From positions 42,720,001 to 42,784,000 of the forward strand of contig NC_087245.1 in NCBI RefSeq assembly GCF_037042905.1: DNA of 64,000 nucleotides, in the 5' to 3' direction. Of this stretch, positions 39,201-50,300 are shown one piece after another. The notes beneath the pieces are model-generated. The model made no database searches. It was not told the DNA's origin and saw nothing but the letters and a program-made list of their open reading frames with translations. The DNA is from Lytechinus pictus (taxonomy: Eukaryota). Position numbers and translations under genes: made by a program. How positions within the stretch are numbered: the first letter of the stretch is position 1; the number at the start of each line of letters is the position of its first letter.

Positions 39201-41541
39201 AAAGCAAAATGCTGAAAATTTTATCAAAATCGGATAATAAATAACGAAGTTATTGAATTTTAAGGATTTGTATTATTCCGGTGAAACAGTTCTAGGCAGG
39301 TCTTTATGAATATTCATTAGGTGGGCTGATGACAATAATATATCCCCACTTGTTCTTTTGTATTTAATTACATGAATTAGGTTTATTAAACAATTTTCTA
39401 CCAAGAGCTAAAACAATTGGATTGACAACTGATTAAGTGCATTAGTTATTTACCGCCGCAACTTATTTCATCATAATTGAGAGACATCATATACACATGC
39501 ATGAACAATGAAACATTTATGATTTCATGTATTAACATAAGAAAAAAGAAAGTGGTGATGTGACATCATCAGCCCACCTAATGAACATTCATGACGATGT
39601 GCATATAACTGTTTTCACAAAATATTGATAAACTTTAAAATTCAATAATTTTGTTATTTGTTATCCGATTTTGATGAAATTTCCATCACTTTGCTGTGAA
39701 TTTTACTCTGTTTATTTAGATATAGATATTTTCAGCCCGGACCATCCCTTAAATAATGTAAAGGTGGTTTCGCTTTGTTATCCAAACTGTGAACACACTT
39801 TGACCCACGGTTTATTTCCAATTCGTCTAATGCCAATTCGTCCAATCGCCAACTCGTCTAATATCATTTGGTCTACCATCATTTCGTCCCCTATCCACAT
39901 GGTCCAATTTGTCCACTCACCATGTCGTCAAATAGCCAGCTGGTCAATAGCCATTTAGTCCATATACCATTTGGTCTTATTGGACTAAGTGTCAATTATG
40001 CAAAATGAATGAAAATTGAATGGATATTAGACCAAAGGGTTATGAGACTTAATGTTCATAGACGAATTGGTGATTAGACGAAGCGATGATTGGACCAAAA
40101 GGTTATTGGACCAAATGGTTGTAAGACGAGATGTTGATGGACGGAATGGCTTAAGACCAAATGAAAGTAGACCATGTGGTGAGTGGACGAATTTACAATT
40201 TACCTGACACACTCTGTGGGAGACTGTATTCTTTCCAGTAGGGAGGCGAATAGTCTAGGGGTGTGTTTGTTAGTGTGACTCGATCATTACCCTCTATCAC
40301 CTCGGATCGTGCCCATAAATCTAATAATATCTTTCATAATTATACTCACAAATTTTCCAAATATTGGTGAGAAGATAACATTGACGAGAGCGAAGGCACC
40401 AAAGATGAAACCAATCTGTAGACCCGAAACACCCTTGTCCTTTGCCTAATATGACGGTGGGAAAATAAACTTACACTTGGAACGAAATGAAGAAGTGAAT
40501 TTAAACTTGACCAAATAGTTTGATGGCAATGTGCTTTCAAAATAAGAAAGTAAAGAGCAGGTATAATATACTTAAAAGTATCACTATACCGAACGTGCTT
40601 ATAATTGTGTCTTGTGATAGTCATCTTGTCACCGGGTTAAAATTAACCTTCTTTTTATGATATGACAGAGGTACAATTTGTTCCTATATATCTCGATTGC
40701 TGATAAACATAAATATTTCTGAACCGTTTTCATGGAATCACTTCAAACATTTTGATTACAAACATCTTACAGAAATAGGGGGTGTCTGCCACGACAAAAA
40801 GTGGGACTTGAAATAATACTTTCCTTTTATTCTGACGAAACATATACCCACCTCTCTTGGAAAGAAAGGCGCCAAAACCGAAAAAGAGACTTGATCCAGG
40901 AAGATGGAGATAGCCAGGCTGAAGAAGGCAAGAACTTGAGTCTTGGTAAGCTTTGAAGACTCCTTCGAGTCCTCTTCTTCGGATACACTCTTACTTCTTT
41001 CATCCCTCTGATAACTACCTTCACTGCCATCCCCATTATGCTCATCTTGGTTTATCCTACTATCAACATGTCCAATCAGCAAACTGGAGTCCTCTGATTG
41101 GTTAACGTCTCGAATGGTAGTTCTTGATTGGTCAGATATTAGGAGCGATAGAGATGGAGAACTTGACTGGGGACGGGTCAAATCGCCACTTGAAACCTCT
41201 TCATATTGTTCATGGCTATCTGAATTGCATGTATGCACTTTATTTGGAGATTCCGGAGCTGTAGTGTCGGTCGATTCGTGCTCACTATTAATAGTAGTTC
41301 CATCTATTGCTAAACAAACTTTATCCTTTGTACATATAGATCGAGAAGGCGATTTGGACAGATTATTGCTCACTTTGGAAAGGTCCTTGGCGCTTTCTTC
41401 CGATCGGTCCATTTGTCCAGACTTGACGGGTGAATCTCTGCTCTTTGATTGGCCAATGGCTTTTCCATCAGGTAGTTCATTGCCTTCCGTCAACTCTGAT
41501 TGGTCAGGAAAAGGTGCGTTTCGCTGAATATTCAAATCCAT
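28735..41541 (-). CDS. SLC18B1: MFS transporter SLC18B1-like (vesicular polyamine transporter family), ~636 aa. Coding exons 41541-40852, 40445-40350, 38440-38367, 36530-36383, 35676-35608, 34741-34648, 34065-33830, 31592-31501, 31039-30944, 30200-30126, 29558-29415, 28831-28735
   Basis: All introns are GT-AG and phase-compatible (1911 nt). Family-typical segments: SVLAPFFPREAKDKG, SPIFGKF|LPKLGAKF, GLMETFGGLGYMVGPVIGGFLYE, GFLDPTLSLHV, LLMGPSPLL, NGFPDDMSTQAVVSGIF, GNFVGPSIGG. C-terminal EPLL. A 5'UTR acceptor lies at 41813-41814. Confidence 0.9.
32140..33042. mobile_element. Tc1/mariner-like non-autonomous element fragment
   Basis: Right terminus ...TTTTGATACGCACTG-TA. A diverged relative with the same end lies at ~63480-63759. 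The left boundary is approximate. Confidence 0.5.
33084..33738. mobile_element. Penelope-like (pLTR-type) partial-tandem plus inverted unit inserted in (TA)n
   Basis: A ~406-bp unit has a 31-bp direct repeat (33302-33332, 33708-33738). 33084-33303 is an inverted copy that spans the unit junction. (TA)n lies on both sides. The PLE assignment rests on architecture only. Confidence 0.55.
33566..33637 (+). tRNA. tRNA-like cloverleaf with anticodon TCA (tRNA-Glu-like body), embedded in a repeat. 5'-truncated inverted copy at 33237-33303 (-)
   Basis: Acceptor GTCCCTG/CAGAGAC (6/7 pairs), D stem GTCT/AGGC, anticodon stem CCGGC/GCTGG with loop GTTCAAA, T arm CCGGG-TTCGATT-CCCGG. A and B boxes are intact and a T6 terminator follows at 33638-33643. 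Function is unproven. Confidence 0.55.
35259..35470. repeat. Degenerate (GAT)n microsatellite
   Basis: Read directly. Confidence 0.9.
36037..36335. repeat. (ATT)n/(TAG)n/(ATC)n compound microsatellite, probably the tail of a SINE-like fragment at ~35800-36036
   Basis: Read directly. The SINE interpretation is an inference. Confidence 0.75.
37285..38330 (+). mobile_element. tRNA-derived SINE interrupted by a hAT-like element
   Basis: Head AGTTGGTGGAGCGTCCGTCTCACAACTGGGAGGTCGGGAGTTCAAGCTCC has A/B-box similarity. The body continues after the insertion. Confidence 0.55.
37421..38278. mobile_element. hAT-like non-autonomous element
   Basis: CAGTGGCGTAGCTA / TAGCTAAGCCACTG termini. TSD ATGCCCAG / ATGCACAG (1 mismatch). 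Internal GCGAGCGCGAAGCGCGAGC units. Confidence 0.8.
39147..39749. mobile_element. TTAA-type MITE related to 20180-20771
   Basis: AGGGATGGTCCAGACTG / CAGCCCGGACCATCCCT termini with degenerate TTAA flanks. Shares AAATTTTATCAAAATCGGAT subterminal motifs. Confidence 0.7.
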
Positions 41542-42855
41542 GATACCTTATTGGTTCAGCTTGATTAAAAAAGAAACATCTCTAGCTACCTCGGGTACGG
41601 ATCTGACTGGGTCTCACGATAAACCTCAAAATTTCTCGACCTTACTGAATCATTAAATATCCGTAGTTTACTTTTTTGCTTTGGTTGAATTTATTGTCAT
41701 TTGCGGGAGACTTTGGCTTTCTGAAGTAAGCGAACATTCCATTGACAATTTTCCCTTTTTTTCCTTCTCATTTTTACCTAAAATAGTGGCTTATCAAATT
41801 GATTGCAGCAAACTGAAAATGAAAAGAGAAAATAAATCAAGATTATTTTCCTGACACAAATGTAAAACATTCTCAAACAATAGTCTTAACGCCATATTTA
41901 AGCAGTATATCTGAAGAGAGAGAGAGAGAGAAGGGGGGGGGGGGGATGGGGGTAGACAATGAGCGAATCAACACCATATGGGAGTTTCAAACTACTTTTT
42001 TTTTCAAAATAAGTTTATATGTTTTTTAACCCCTGTCAGCTCTATTTTACCAATAATTAAGATTATTATTATTTACAATAAGAACCCTAAAAAAAGTTTT
42101 GCTTTATAACAAGCAATTAATTTTCTCATTTTCACATTTTCATATAATATATGCGAGTGGGGATGGGTATATGGTTTGTTAGTATGTGTTGTGTTCGTGA
42201 TTGTTTTGATTATGTGAAATAGAAAAATAGATATTGAACTTGAACTCCGTTCTCCTTTCATTTGGTGGATTTTCACCAAACCTCCATAGATTTCTTTTTC
42301 TTATCTTTATGTTTTTATTTACCACAACTTAACACATAATGGACTTTCATTATTAGCTCCAAGATATGTTATATTTGGCCTGATGCCGAGTAAATGTACT
42401 TTGAACCCATTACAATTATATACGTACACAACGTGTTCAGGATTTCTTATTCAAGAAAAAAATAGTATGGTTCGTCCGAGATATTGAAATATCGTAACTT
42501 GTTCACTCTAATATAGCTGGGCCTATATCACGCCATGCATCAACCCAGACTGCAACTTCATACAAGCATACCAGTACATCTGCCACATAACACTCCATGC
42601 ATAATATACCATGGCAACTAGACTACTGAGATGTAATGACTACTACAACCACACTAACATGCAATATCTTCTACAACTGTAATTGTCAGACTGCAACTAT
42701 TATGGGACTAATATAGGGGCCTTTGATCCGGGGGTGAGGGGGGGGGGGGGGCTACTTTAGCTCCCCCGCCTTGCATTTTGTGGTAGTAAATGTCCACAAA
42801 AAGATGTTAAACATGAATTGTGAGTTTACACTACATTGTAGTTAAGCGTTCCCAC

Positions 42856-42899
42856 ACTACTACTCCTACAACTAATAATAATAATAATACTTCTACTAT

Positions 42900-42935
<36 letters not shown>

Positions 42936-42946
42936 TACTACTACTT

Positions 42947-42977
<31 letters not shown>

Positions 42978-42982
42978 TACTA

Positions 42983-43051
<69 letters not shown>

Positions 43052-43135
43052 TACTATACTACTACTACTACTACTACTACTACTGCTACTACTGCTACTA
43101 CTGCACTACTACTTCTACTATTACTACTACTACTA

Positions 43136-43216
<81 letters not shown>

Positions 43217-43221
43217 TACTA

Positions 43222-43284
<63 letters not shown>

Positions 43285-43365
43285 TACTATACTACTACTA
43301 CTACTACTACTACTACTGCTACTACTGCTACTACTGCACTACTACTTCTACTATTACTACTACTG

Positions 43366-43417
<52 letters not shown>

Positions 43418-43460
43418 TACTATACTACTACTGCTACTACTGCACTACTACTTCTACTAT

Positions 43461-43520
<60 letters not shown>

Positions 43521-43599
43521 TACTATACTACTACTACTACTACTACTACTACTGCTACTACTGCTACTACTGCACTACTACTTCTACTATTACTACTAT

Positions 43600-43653
<54 letters not shown>

Positions 43654-43658
43654 TACTA

Positions 43659-43692
<34 letters not shown>

Positions 43693-43729
43693 GCTACTAC
43701 TGCTACTACTGCACTACTACTTCTACTAT

Positions 43730-43786
<57 letters not shown>

Positions 43787-43856
43787 TACTATACTACTAC
43801 TACTACTACTGCTACTACTGCTACTACTGCTACTACTGCACTACTACTTCTACTAT

Positions 43857-43906
<50 letters not shown>

Positions 43907-43993
43907 TATACTACTACTTCTACTACTATACTACTACTACTACTACTACTACTACTGCTACTACTGCTACTACTGCACTACTACTTCTACTAT

Positions 43994-44047
<54 letters not shown>

Positions 44048-44131
44048 TACTATACTACTACTACTACTACTGCTACTACTGCTACTACTGCTACTACTGC
44101 ACTACTACTTCTACTATTACTACTACTACTG

Positions 44132-44170
<39 letters not shown>

Positions 44171-44276
44171 GTACTACTACTACTACTTCTACTACTATAC
44201 TACTACTACTACTACTGCTACTACTGCTACTACTGCTTCTACTGCACTACTACTTCTACTATTACTACTACTACTG

Positions 44277-44325
<49 letters not shown>

Positions 44326-44470
44326 TACTATACTACTACTACTACTACTGCTACTACTGCTACTACTGCTACTACTGCTACTACTTCTACTATTACTACT
44401 ACTACTGCTACTGCTCCTACTGCTACTACTACTTCTACTACTACTACTCATACTGCTACTCCTTCTACCA
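42856..44470. repeat. ~1.6-kb interrupted (CTA)n microsatellite
   Basis: CTA units with recurring variant cassettes (CTG, CTT, TTA, single-base slips). Confidence 0.95.
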
Positions 44471-44658
44471 CATAACAAATGTACAATGGCAATGCCCATG
44501 ATGATTAATAAAATCATAAAATTTACCTTTTTCTGTGACTTGCACTTGTACGATACGCTTTTATCACAACGGCTTGTCAATATGGTTACAGCTACACCGA
44601 ACTTGTTGCTTATATACCTGTCCGAATAGGCCTACCTCAGTACATGTGCGTAAAATAC

Positions 44659-45260
44659 TGTAACCGAAATCACCTTCGAACTTTGCTCACCAGGTTCTTC
44701 CACAAAAATATATTGCGATTCAACACATTCTCACGTGCACTCATTCCTCAGTCTACTCACGTTTTCACAATCTCTGCTCCCGGTCATCGATCTGACTAAC
44801 TTAATTAGAAATAAAATAAGAATCAACTCAATTTGAATTTACCTTCAAGTCTTGGTCTTGGCCTTTATTAACACTAAACTGGAGCAATGGTTGCACAAAT
44901 ATCTGCTCCCAATCGATTATCTTCTGACTTCAGAGCTAGAGCGAAACAATACACATGATACAGGAGCCAAACTACAACCACTCCTCACAGTACGAGAGCT
45001 ACACAACAACTGCACCCATCGAGGGCCAAACTTCAACTAACTAACCCCCTCCTTCAAGTGTAAGTGTAGGGGAGTCCCTAAACACATGAGTGCACAAGGC
45101 ACTCTTACATAAAGATACACACATGTAGTGTACACAGAGAGACTGCACTACTGTGCATAGGGAAGATGGGGATAGTAGGAGAGAGATAGACAGAGAGAGA
45201 GAGAGAGAAGAATAACAGAGGTAGTCTACTACCAAACTCTAAATAGGCAGTTTTGTTACA
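44659..45260 (-). repeat. 3' LTR
   Basis: TGTAAC...GTTACA. Matches 53420-54021 except for one substitution seen by eye (ACCAAACT vs ACCAGACT). Confidence 0.95.
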
Positions 45261-45275
45261 TTACCCCCTGCTTAG
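45261..45275 (-). other. Polypurine tract
   Basis: Minus-strand CTAAGCAGGGGGTAA directly precedes the 3' LTR. Confidence 0.7.
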
Positions 45276-46610
45276 ATTGAAACGTCCTCGTTTCCTAGTT
45301 AACAAAAATAACAAAACTGTAGGTTGAAGGTATAAAACAAACTTTGAAAATAAAACAAAGAGGCTAACAATTGCCTAACACATGTACAACATACAATGGA
45401 ATGTAGAAATCTATCAAGTCCTATCTCTGAACTTACTTCAAAACATTATTAAGCAAAACATTAGCATAGAAATCAAATAAGACTCATCAAGCATCATTTA
45501 AACAAAAGAACTGTAAAAGCGAAGTAAAATTTGGCAAAAGAATCAATCACATAAAACAGTACTCTTAGTAAAGATCAAACTCTTCATGAAATAACTCCTT
45601 CAGTATAAAACTAGCTCCTAAAAACACACAGTATAAAATACATAAATATATCTGAACATAAGTATAAACACTAGTACTGGCAGTACTGAGGTATAAGGAA
45701 TACTGTTTCTTCAAGGCACTATCTTGGAATGTAAACTCCAAACAAAAGACATGATTTCAAATATGAGATATTGCTTAATAAATGCATAAAAAGTCATCAC
45801 ATACATATAAAAATAAAAACATATAAGATAAATGCATAACATAACGAGATATTATCATATATCAGCCAATTTAACTTATTTCAAGTAGAAAATGTAAACA
45901 AACTTAAAGATAACATAACATAAAATAGTATACTTGGAGAAAACGCTAGTCGAAAAGTAAAGGAAAGAGAAGTATACAGAATGAAACAAAAGAGAAAGAA
46001 GATAATTAAAAGAATGAGAGTAAGGATGAAGAAGGGCATAGGGAGAATCAGAGAGATAGGAAAATAAGAAAAAGCTGATAGAGAGACAACAATAAGTGGT
46101 GAATACATTTCATTAAATTTCAACAAACGACAATATCCTAGCACATCCAAGAATACGTTCAGTAATAATGTACCTTTATACATTTTGCAAAAATATAAAC
46201 AGCATCTGAGGTTATATTAAAAAGACATATCTTCCGCAAGATTGACTATCAGCTGGCAATGATGCATAAAACAAGGCAAAGTGAAATATAATTGCATTTT
46301 TCTTACAAAAACTAGTTAACAGTCTTACACAGATAAATGAGTTAAAATATCCAGTCCAATCAGACAAAACCAAGGCAAAGTGAATTGAGGTAACAAATAC
46401 AAATGTCACATAGCAATGAATTTCGCAGAATAGAAAGATAAAGAAAAAGTATCAGTTAGAGTTAGGAATAGACAAGAGCAGACTAGAAAATAGTTTAGAA
46501 AAGAGAGATAGAAGAAGGAAAGGAAGGAGAGAGAAAGGAAAGGAGAATTCCACACAAGAAATAACATATACCATATACTCAACTACAAAAACAAAATATA
46601 ACTCAACAAA

Positions 46611-47327
46611 TTAGTCTTTCTGCATTCCATAATTGCAGACAACGTCCTTATTCCATGAGGCTGGTATCGATACGGGGTAAGTGTTGGTAATATCAGTTTG
46701 TCGAATCACAATTCCATCAATATAATAACGTGTGGTCTTCTTCTCAACTACGGTGGCTAGTATAGTGTCTTCTGTTGGGGCAGTCTTGGGGGGTACTTCT
46801 GTGTCCGAGGTTGGAAACGATAGTGATGTTTGCGCTAATGGCGCAACTGGGTCCGGGGCATCTGGGATAGTGTCATCATCGGTGTCAATAGAACTGGAGC
46901 TATTGTCCTCCATCTCCTCGTAGGATCTCTTTAGCATCGCTAAAGGCTTACCAGAGATTCTTATGGTGGGTAATACTTCTCCATCGAAGGTCGGAGAGCA
47001 CGATAGGGATAGGGCAGGGCTTGACGTTAGTTGGTTGGCTGGAACCTCGGTTCTGGGCATCCGCTCTGGCAGCTTGCATTTTATTTTCGGAATGGGTGTG
47101 GCATTTGGAGATGGGGAACGGTTCCTCCTTGTGTGAACCAGTTCCATGTGTCTCTTGAGATTGTGTCCTCTTGTTGACTGGTATGAGCATCTCTGGCACT
47201 TATGTAGGTGTTTTGGATGAAAGTGCTCTTCCTCCAAATGTTGGAATAATTCTTTCCTGTTCTTGCATTCTTTGTCGCATTTGCGACAGATCAAGTCCTT
47301 ATGCCGCCATTGTCTTCTCTCAGCCAT
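46611..47327 (-). CDS. Retrotransposon ORF3: 238-aa protein with two tandem C2H2 zinc fingers
   Basis: ATG at 47327 directly follows acceptor TTCTTTCTTTTGTCATTTATACAG. Fingers CRKC-x12-H-x4-H and CQRC-x12-H-x4-H, then RRNRSPSP, a P/S/T-rich region and the acidic stretch EEMEDNSSSSIDTDDD. Confidence 0.8.
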   Translation of the reverse strand: MAERRQWRHKDLICRKCDKECKNRKELFQHLEEEHFHPKHLHKCQRCSYQSTRGHNLKRHMELVHTRRNRSPSPNATPIPKIKCKLPERMPRTEVPANQLTSSPALSLSCSPTFDGEVLPTIRISGKPLAMLKRSYEEMEDNSSSSIDTDDDTIPDAPDPVAPLAQTSLSFPTSDTEVPPKTAPTEDTILATVVEKKTTRYYIDGIVIRQTDITNTYPVSIPASWNKDVVCNYGMQKD

Positions 47328-47385
47328 CTGTATAAATGACAAAAGAAAGAACATCGTTGTAATATCAGCATTTTGATATCAGTTT

Positions 47386-50300
47386 TCAATCAAATTGAAC
47401 TTGATACTGTTCTAAGTATTTTGGCATTCGCCTATTTCGTGTTGGTCTTTTCTGATTTGACTCATTATTGGAGGGTGATTGAGAAGAATTTTGATCATTT
47501 GACTGTGTAAGTACAAAGTCATCATTTTCTGGTTCTATTTCTGGGTCATTAGCTTCCAGCACTCTTTCAGTGTCATTTGTTTCTGGCAATGTTTCAGTGT
47601 CATTCATTGCTTGAGACACTTTGGGATTATTTGTCTCATTGGGCTTTCCCCAGGTCCATTTTTGCAATTCTTCTCCCTCATAGGGTTTCAGTCGGTCAGC
47701 ATGGACCACTGAGGGCTTAGATCGGGGGCTTGCCTGAATTCTGAAAATCACATCAGACAACTTTGTGACGATCAGGTATGGGCCTTTCCAGCGTAGCTGG
47801 AGTTTTGGAGAGATCCCTTTTCGTTTTGAAGGATCATGTAACCACACAAATTGTCCTTCGGACAACCCATGAGTGCTAGTCCTCCTGTCATAGTTGGCTT
47901 TTTGGTGTATGGCAGCTTTGCCAGTGCAAGCCTGTGCTCTTTGGTGTGCTTTTTGGATATTTTTCCTGATTTCTTGAGCATAGTCTTCAGGATCTTGTTG
48001 TTGTTCTTCTTCAATTGTCCGAGTTGTGAGGTCTATAGGGAGCTTGGTTTCTCTACCCAGCATGAGCATGTTGGGAGTTTCACCTGTTGATTCATGTGGG
48101 CTGGAACGATAGGCACTTGTGGCAAATGCCAGATGTTCATCCCATGTCTTTTGAGTAGTATCATCCTCCAGTAAGATGGCGACCATATTGATGAGGGTCC
48201 TATTGAACCGCTCAATCATGCCATCTGACTTGGGATTGTATGGTGTTGTCCTAGTCTTGTTTATTCCAAGTAGTTCGCACATTTCTGCGAATAGATTGGA
48301 TTCAAAGTTTGATCCCTGGTCGGAGTGGATTTCATTTGGGACACCAAACCGACTGATAAATTCCTCGACAAGTTTCCTTGCCACGGTCTTTGCCTTAGCA
48401 TCAGGCAGAGCATAGGCTTCTACCCATTTGGTGTGGTAATCCCCTACCACCAGAATCCATCGATTTCCAGAATCTGTTTTGGGCAACGGTCCCATCAAGT
48501 CAAGTGCTATTCTTTCCATTGGCACTCCCACTCTACTTTGCTGTAATGGAGCTCGCCGGTGCCGTGGAGGATTCTTCCTTCTTGCACACAAATCACACTT
48601 TCTTAGAAAAGAACGTGCATCGGCAATCATGCCACACCAGTAAAAACGTAGCTTCAACTTAGCCAGTGTTTTTCTCAGCCCTAGGTGTGCACCTAGTGGG
48701 CCATCATGCACATCACTCACAGCGTCCTTACGGAGCTTCTCCGGCATGATTATTTGCTTTCTGATAGACTTTCCATCATCTGATTCCCATCGACGACATA
48801 ATATGCCATCAGCAACTTCTAGCTGATTCCACTTAGACCAATAGGTCTTAGCCGCTCCAGACTTCTGGGCAATATCTTTCCATTCCGGCCTTGGTTGATT
48901 GTCCTCTTTTGCGAGTAATACCCATTGGATAGTCTCGTCAGATAGTTGAGCCTCTCGTATGTTTTTGCTTGACATGGAAGGTTGAGAAGCAATGCCTCTG
49001 CTGGAGTGTTCTCCATCTGGGTCAGGGGTTGAACTGTCTCTATGATCAGTTTGAATTGCATCCCCTCTTCCGCATTGTTTGCATTTCATACGAGATAAAC
49101 CATCGGCATTGCCGTGATTTCGGCCTGGTCTATGTTCGATGTGTAAGTCATACTCGGCAATTTGTTGCAACCAACGTGCAAGTTGGCCTTCTGGGTCCTT
49201 GAAGTTCAGTAGCCATTTGAGCGATGCATGGTCAGTTCTGACCTTCACTTTCCTGCCGTACAGATATTGCCTGAACTGTTTCAAAGCAGTTACTAGTGCT
49301 AACAATTCTTGCCTAGTTACGCAATAATTCTTCTCGGCTTTGTGAAGTTTCCTGCTGTAGTATGCAACTACTTTTTCTTGACCACCCTGTACTTGAGAAA
49401 GTACTGCTCCAACTGCCTCTGAGCTGGCATCAGTGTCCAGTACAAATTCATCATCTGGCGTTGGAAACGTGAGGATAGGTGCAGATTGTAGTCTCAGTTT
49501 GAGTTCTTGGAATGAGCGTTCACAGCTCTCATCCCATTCAAACTTTGCTGATTTGGCCGTGAGTTTGTGCAGGGGACTTGCAATTTCTGCAAACCCTTTT
49601 ACAAATCGCCTATAGTAAGATGCTATGCCAAGGAAGCTTCGAACCTCCTTTTTGCATCCCGGCTGAGGCCAGTCTACTATTGCTTGCACCTTGGCTGGAT
49701 CAGTCAACACTCCCTCATCTGATACCACATGCCCTAAGTAGGTCACTGATTTGCAAAACAAATTACACTTACTTGGCTTTAACTTCAAGTTAGCATCTCT
49801 CAGTCTCGAGAATGTCAGCCTCAGTCTTTGTATCTCTTCCTCCACAGAGCGTCCATAGACGATGATGTCATCAAGGTACACCAAAAGTACCTCCCACTGG
49901 AGACCTTTGAGTACCTTTTCCATTAGGCGTTCAAATGTTGCAGGAGCATTTGTTAACCCAAATGGCATCACCTTCCACTTGTAGAGACCATTGCGTACAA
50001 TGAATGATGTCTTGTCCTGTGCATCTTCATCAAGACTGACTTGCCAGTAACCTGAAGAAAGATCAAGTGTTGAAAACCATTTCGCAGAGTTAAGTGCGTC
50101 AAGGGTTTCATCTATCCTTGGAATAGGATAGGCATCCTTTATTGTCACTTCATTGAGATTGCGATAATCAACACATAGTCTTTGGGTACCATCTTTCTTT
50201 TTAACAAGAACAATATTTGCCGCCCATGGGCTCTCTGATGGTTCAATCACCCCTCTGTCAAGTAGATCTTGTACCTGTCTATCTATTTCCTGTTGATTAC

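Noticed and set aside
42820..44475. 551-aa poly-T/L/Y ORF
   Set aside because: Artefact of (CTA)n, which lacks stop codons on this strand.
44852..45040. Identical 62-aa ORFs here and at 53613-53801
   Set aside because: They are antisense, TTG-started and identical only because they lie in the LTRs.
46611..47327. ORF3 as an env gene
   Set aside because: No signal peptide, fusion peptide or TM anchor. It has C2H2 fingers instead.
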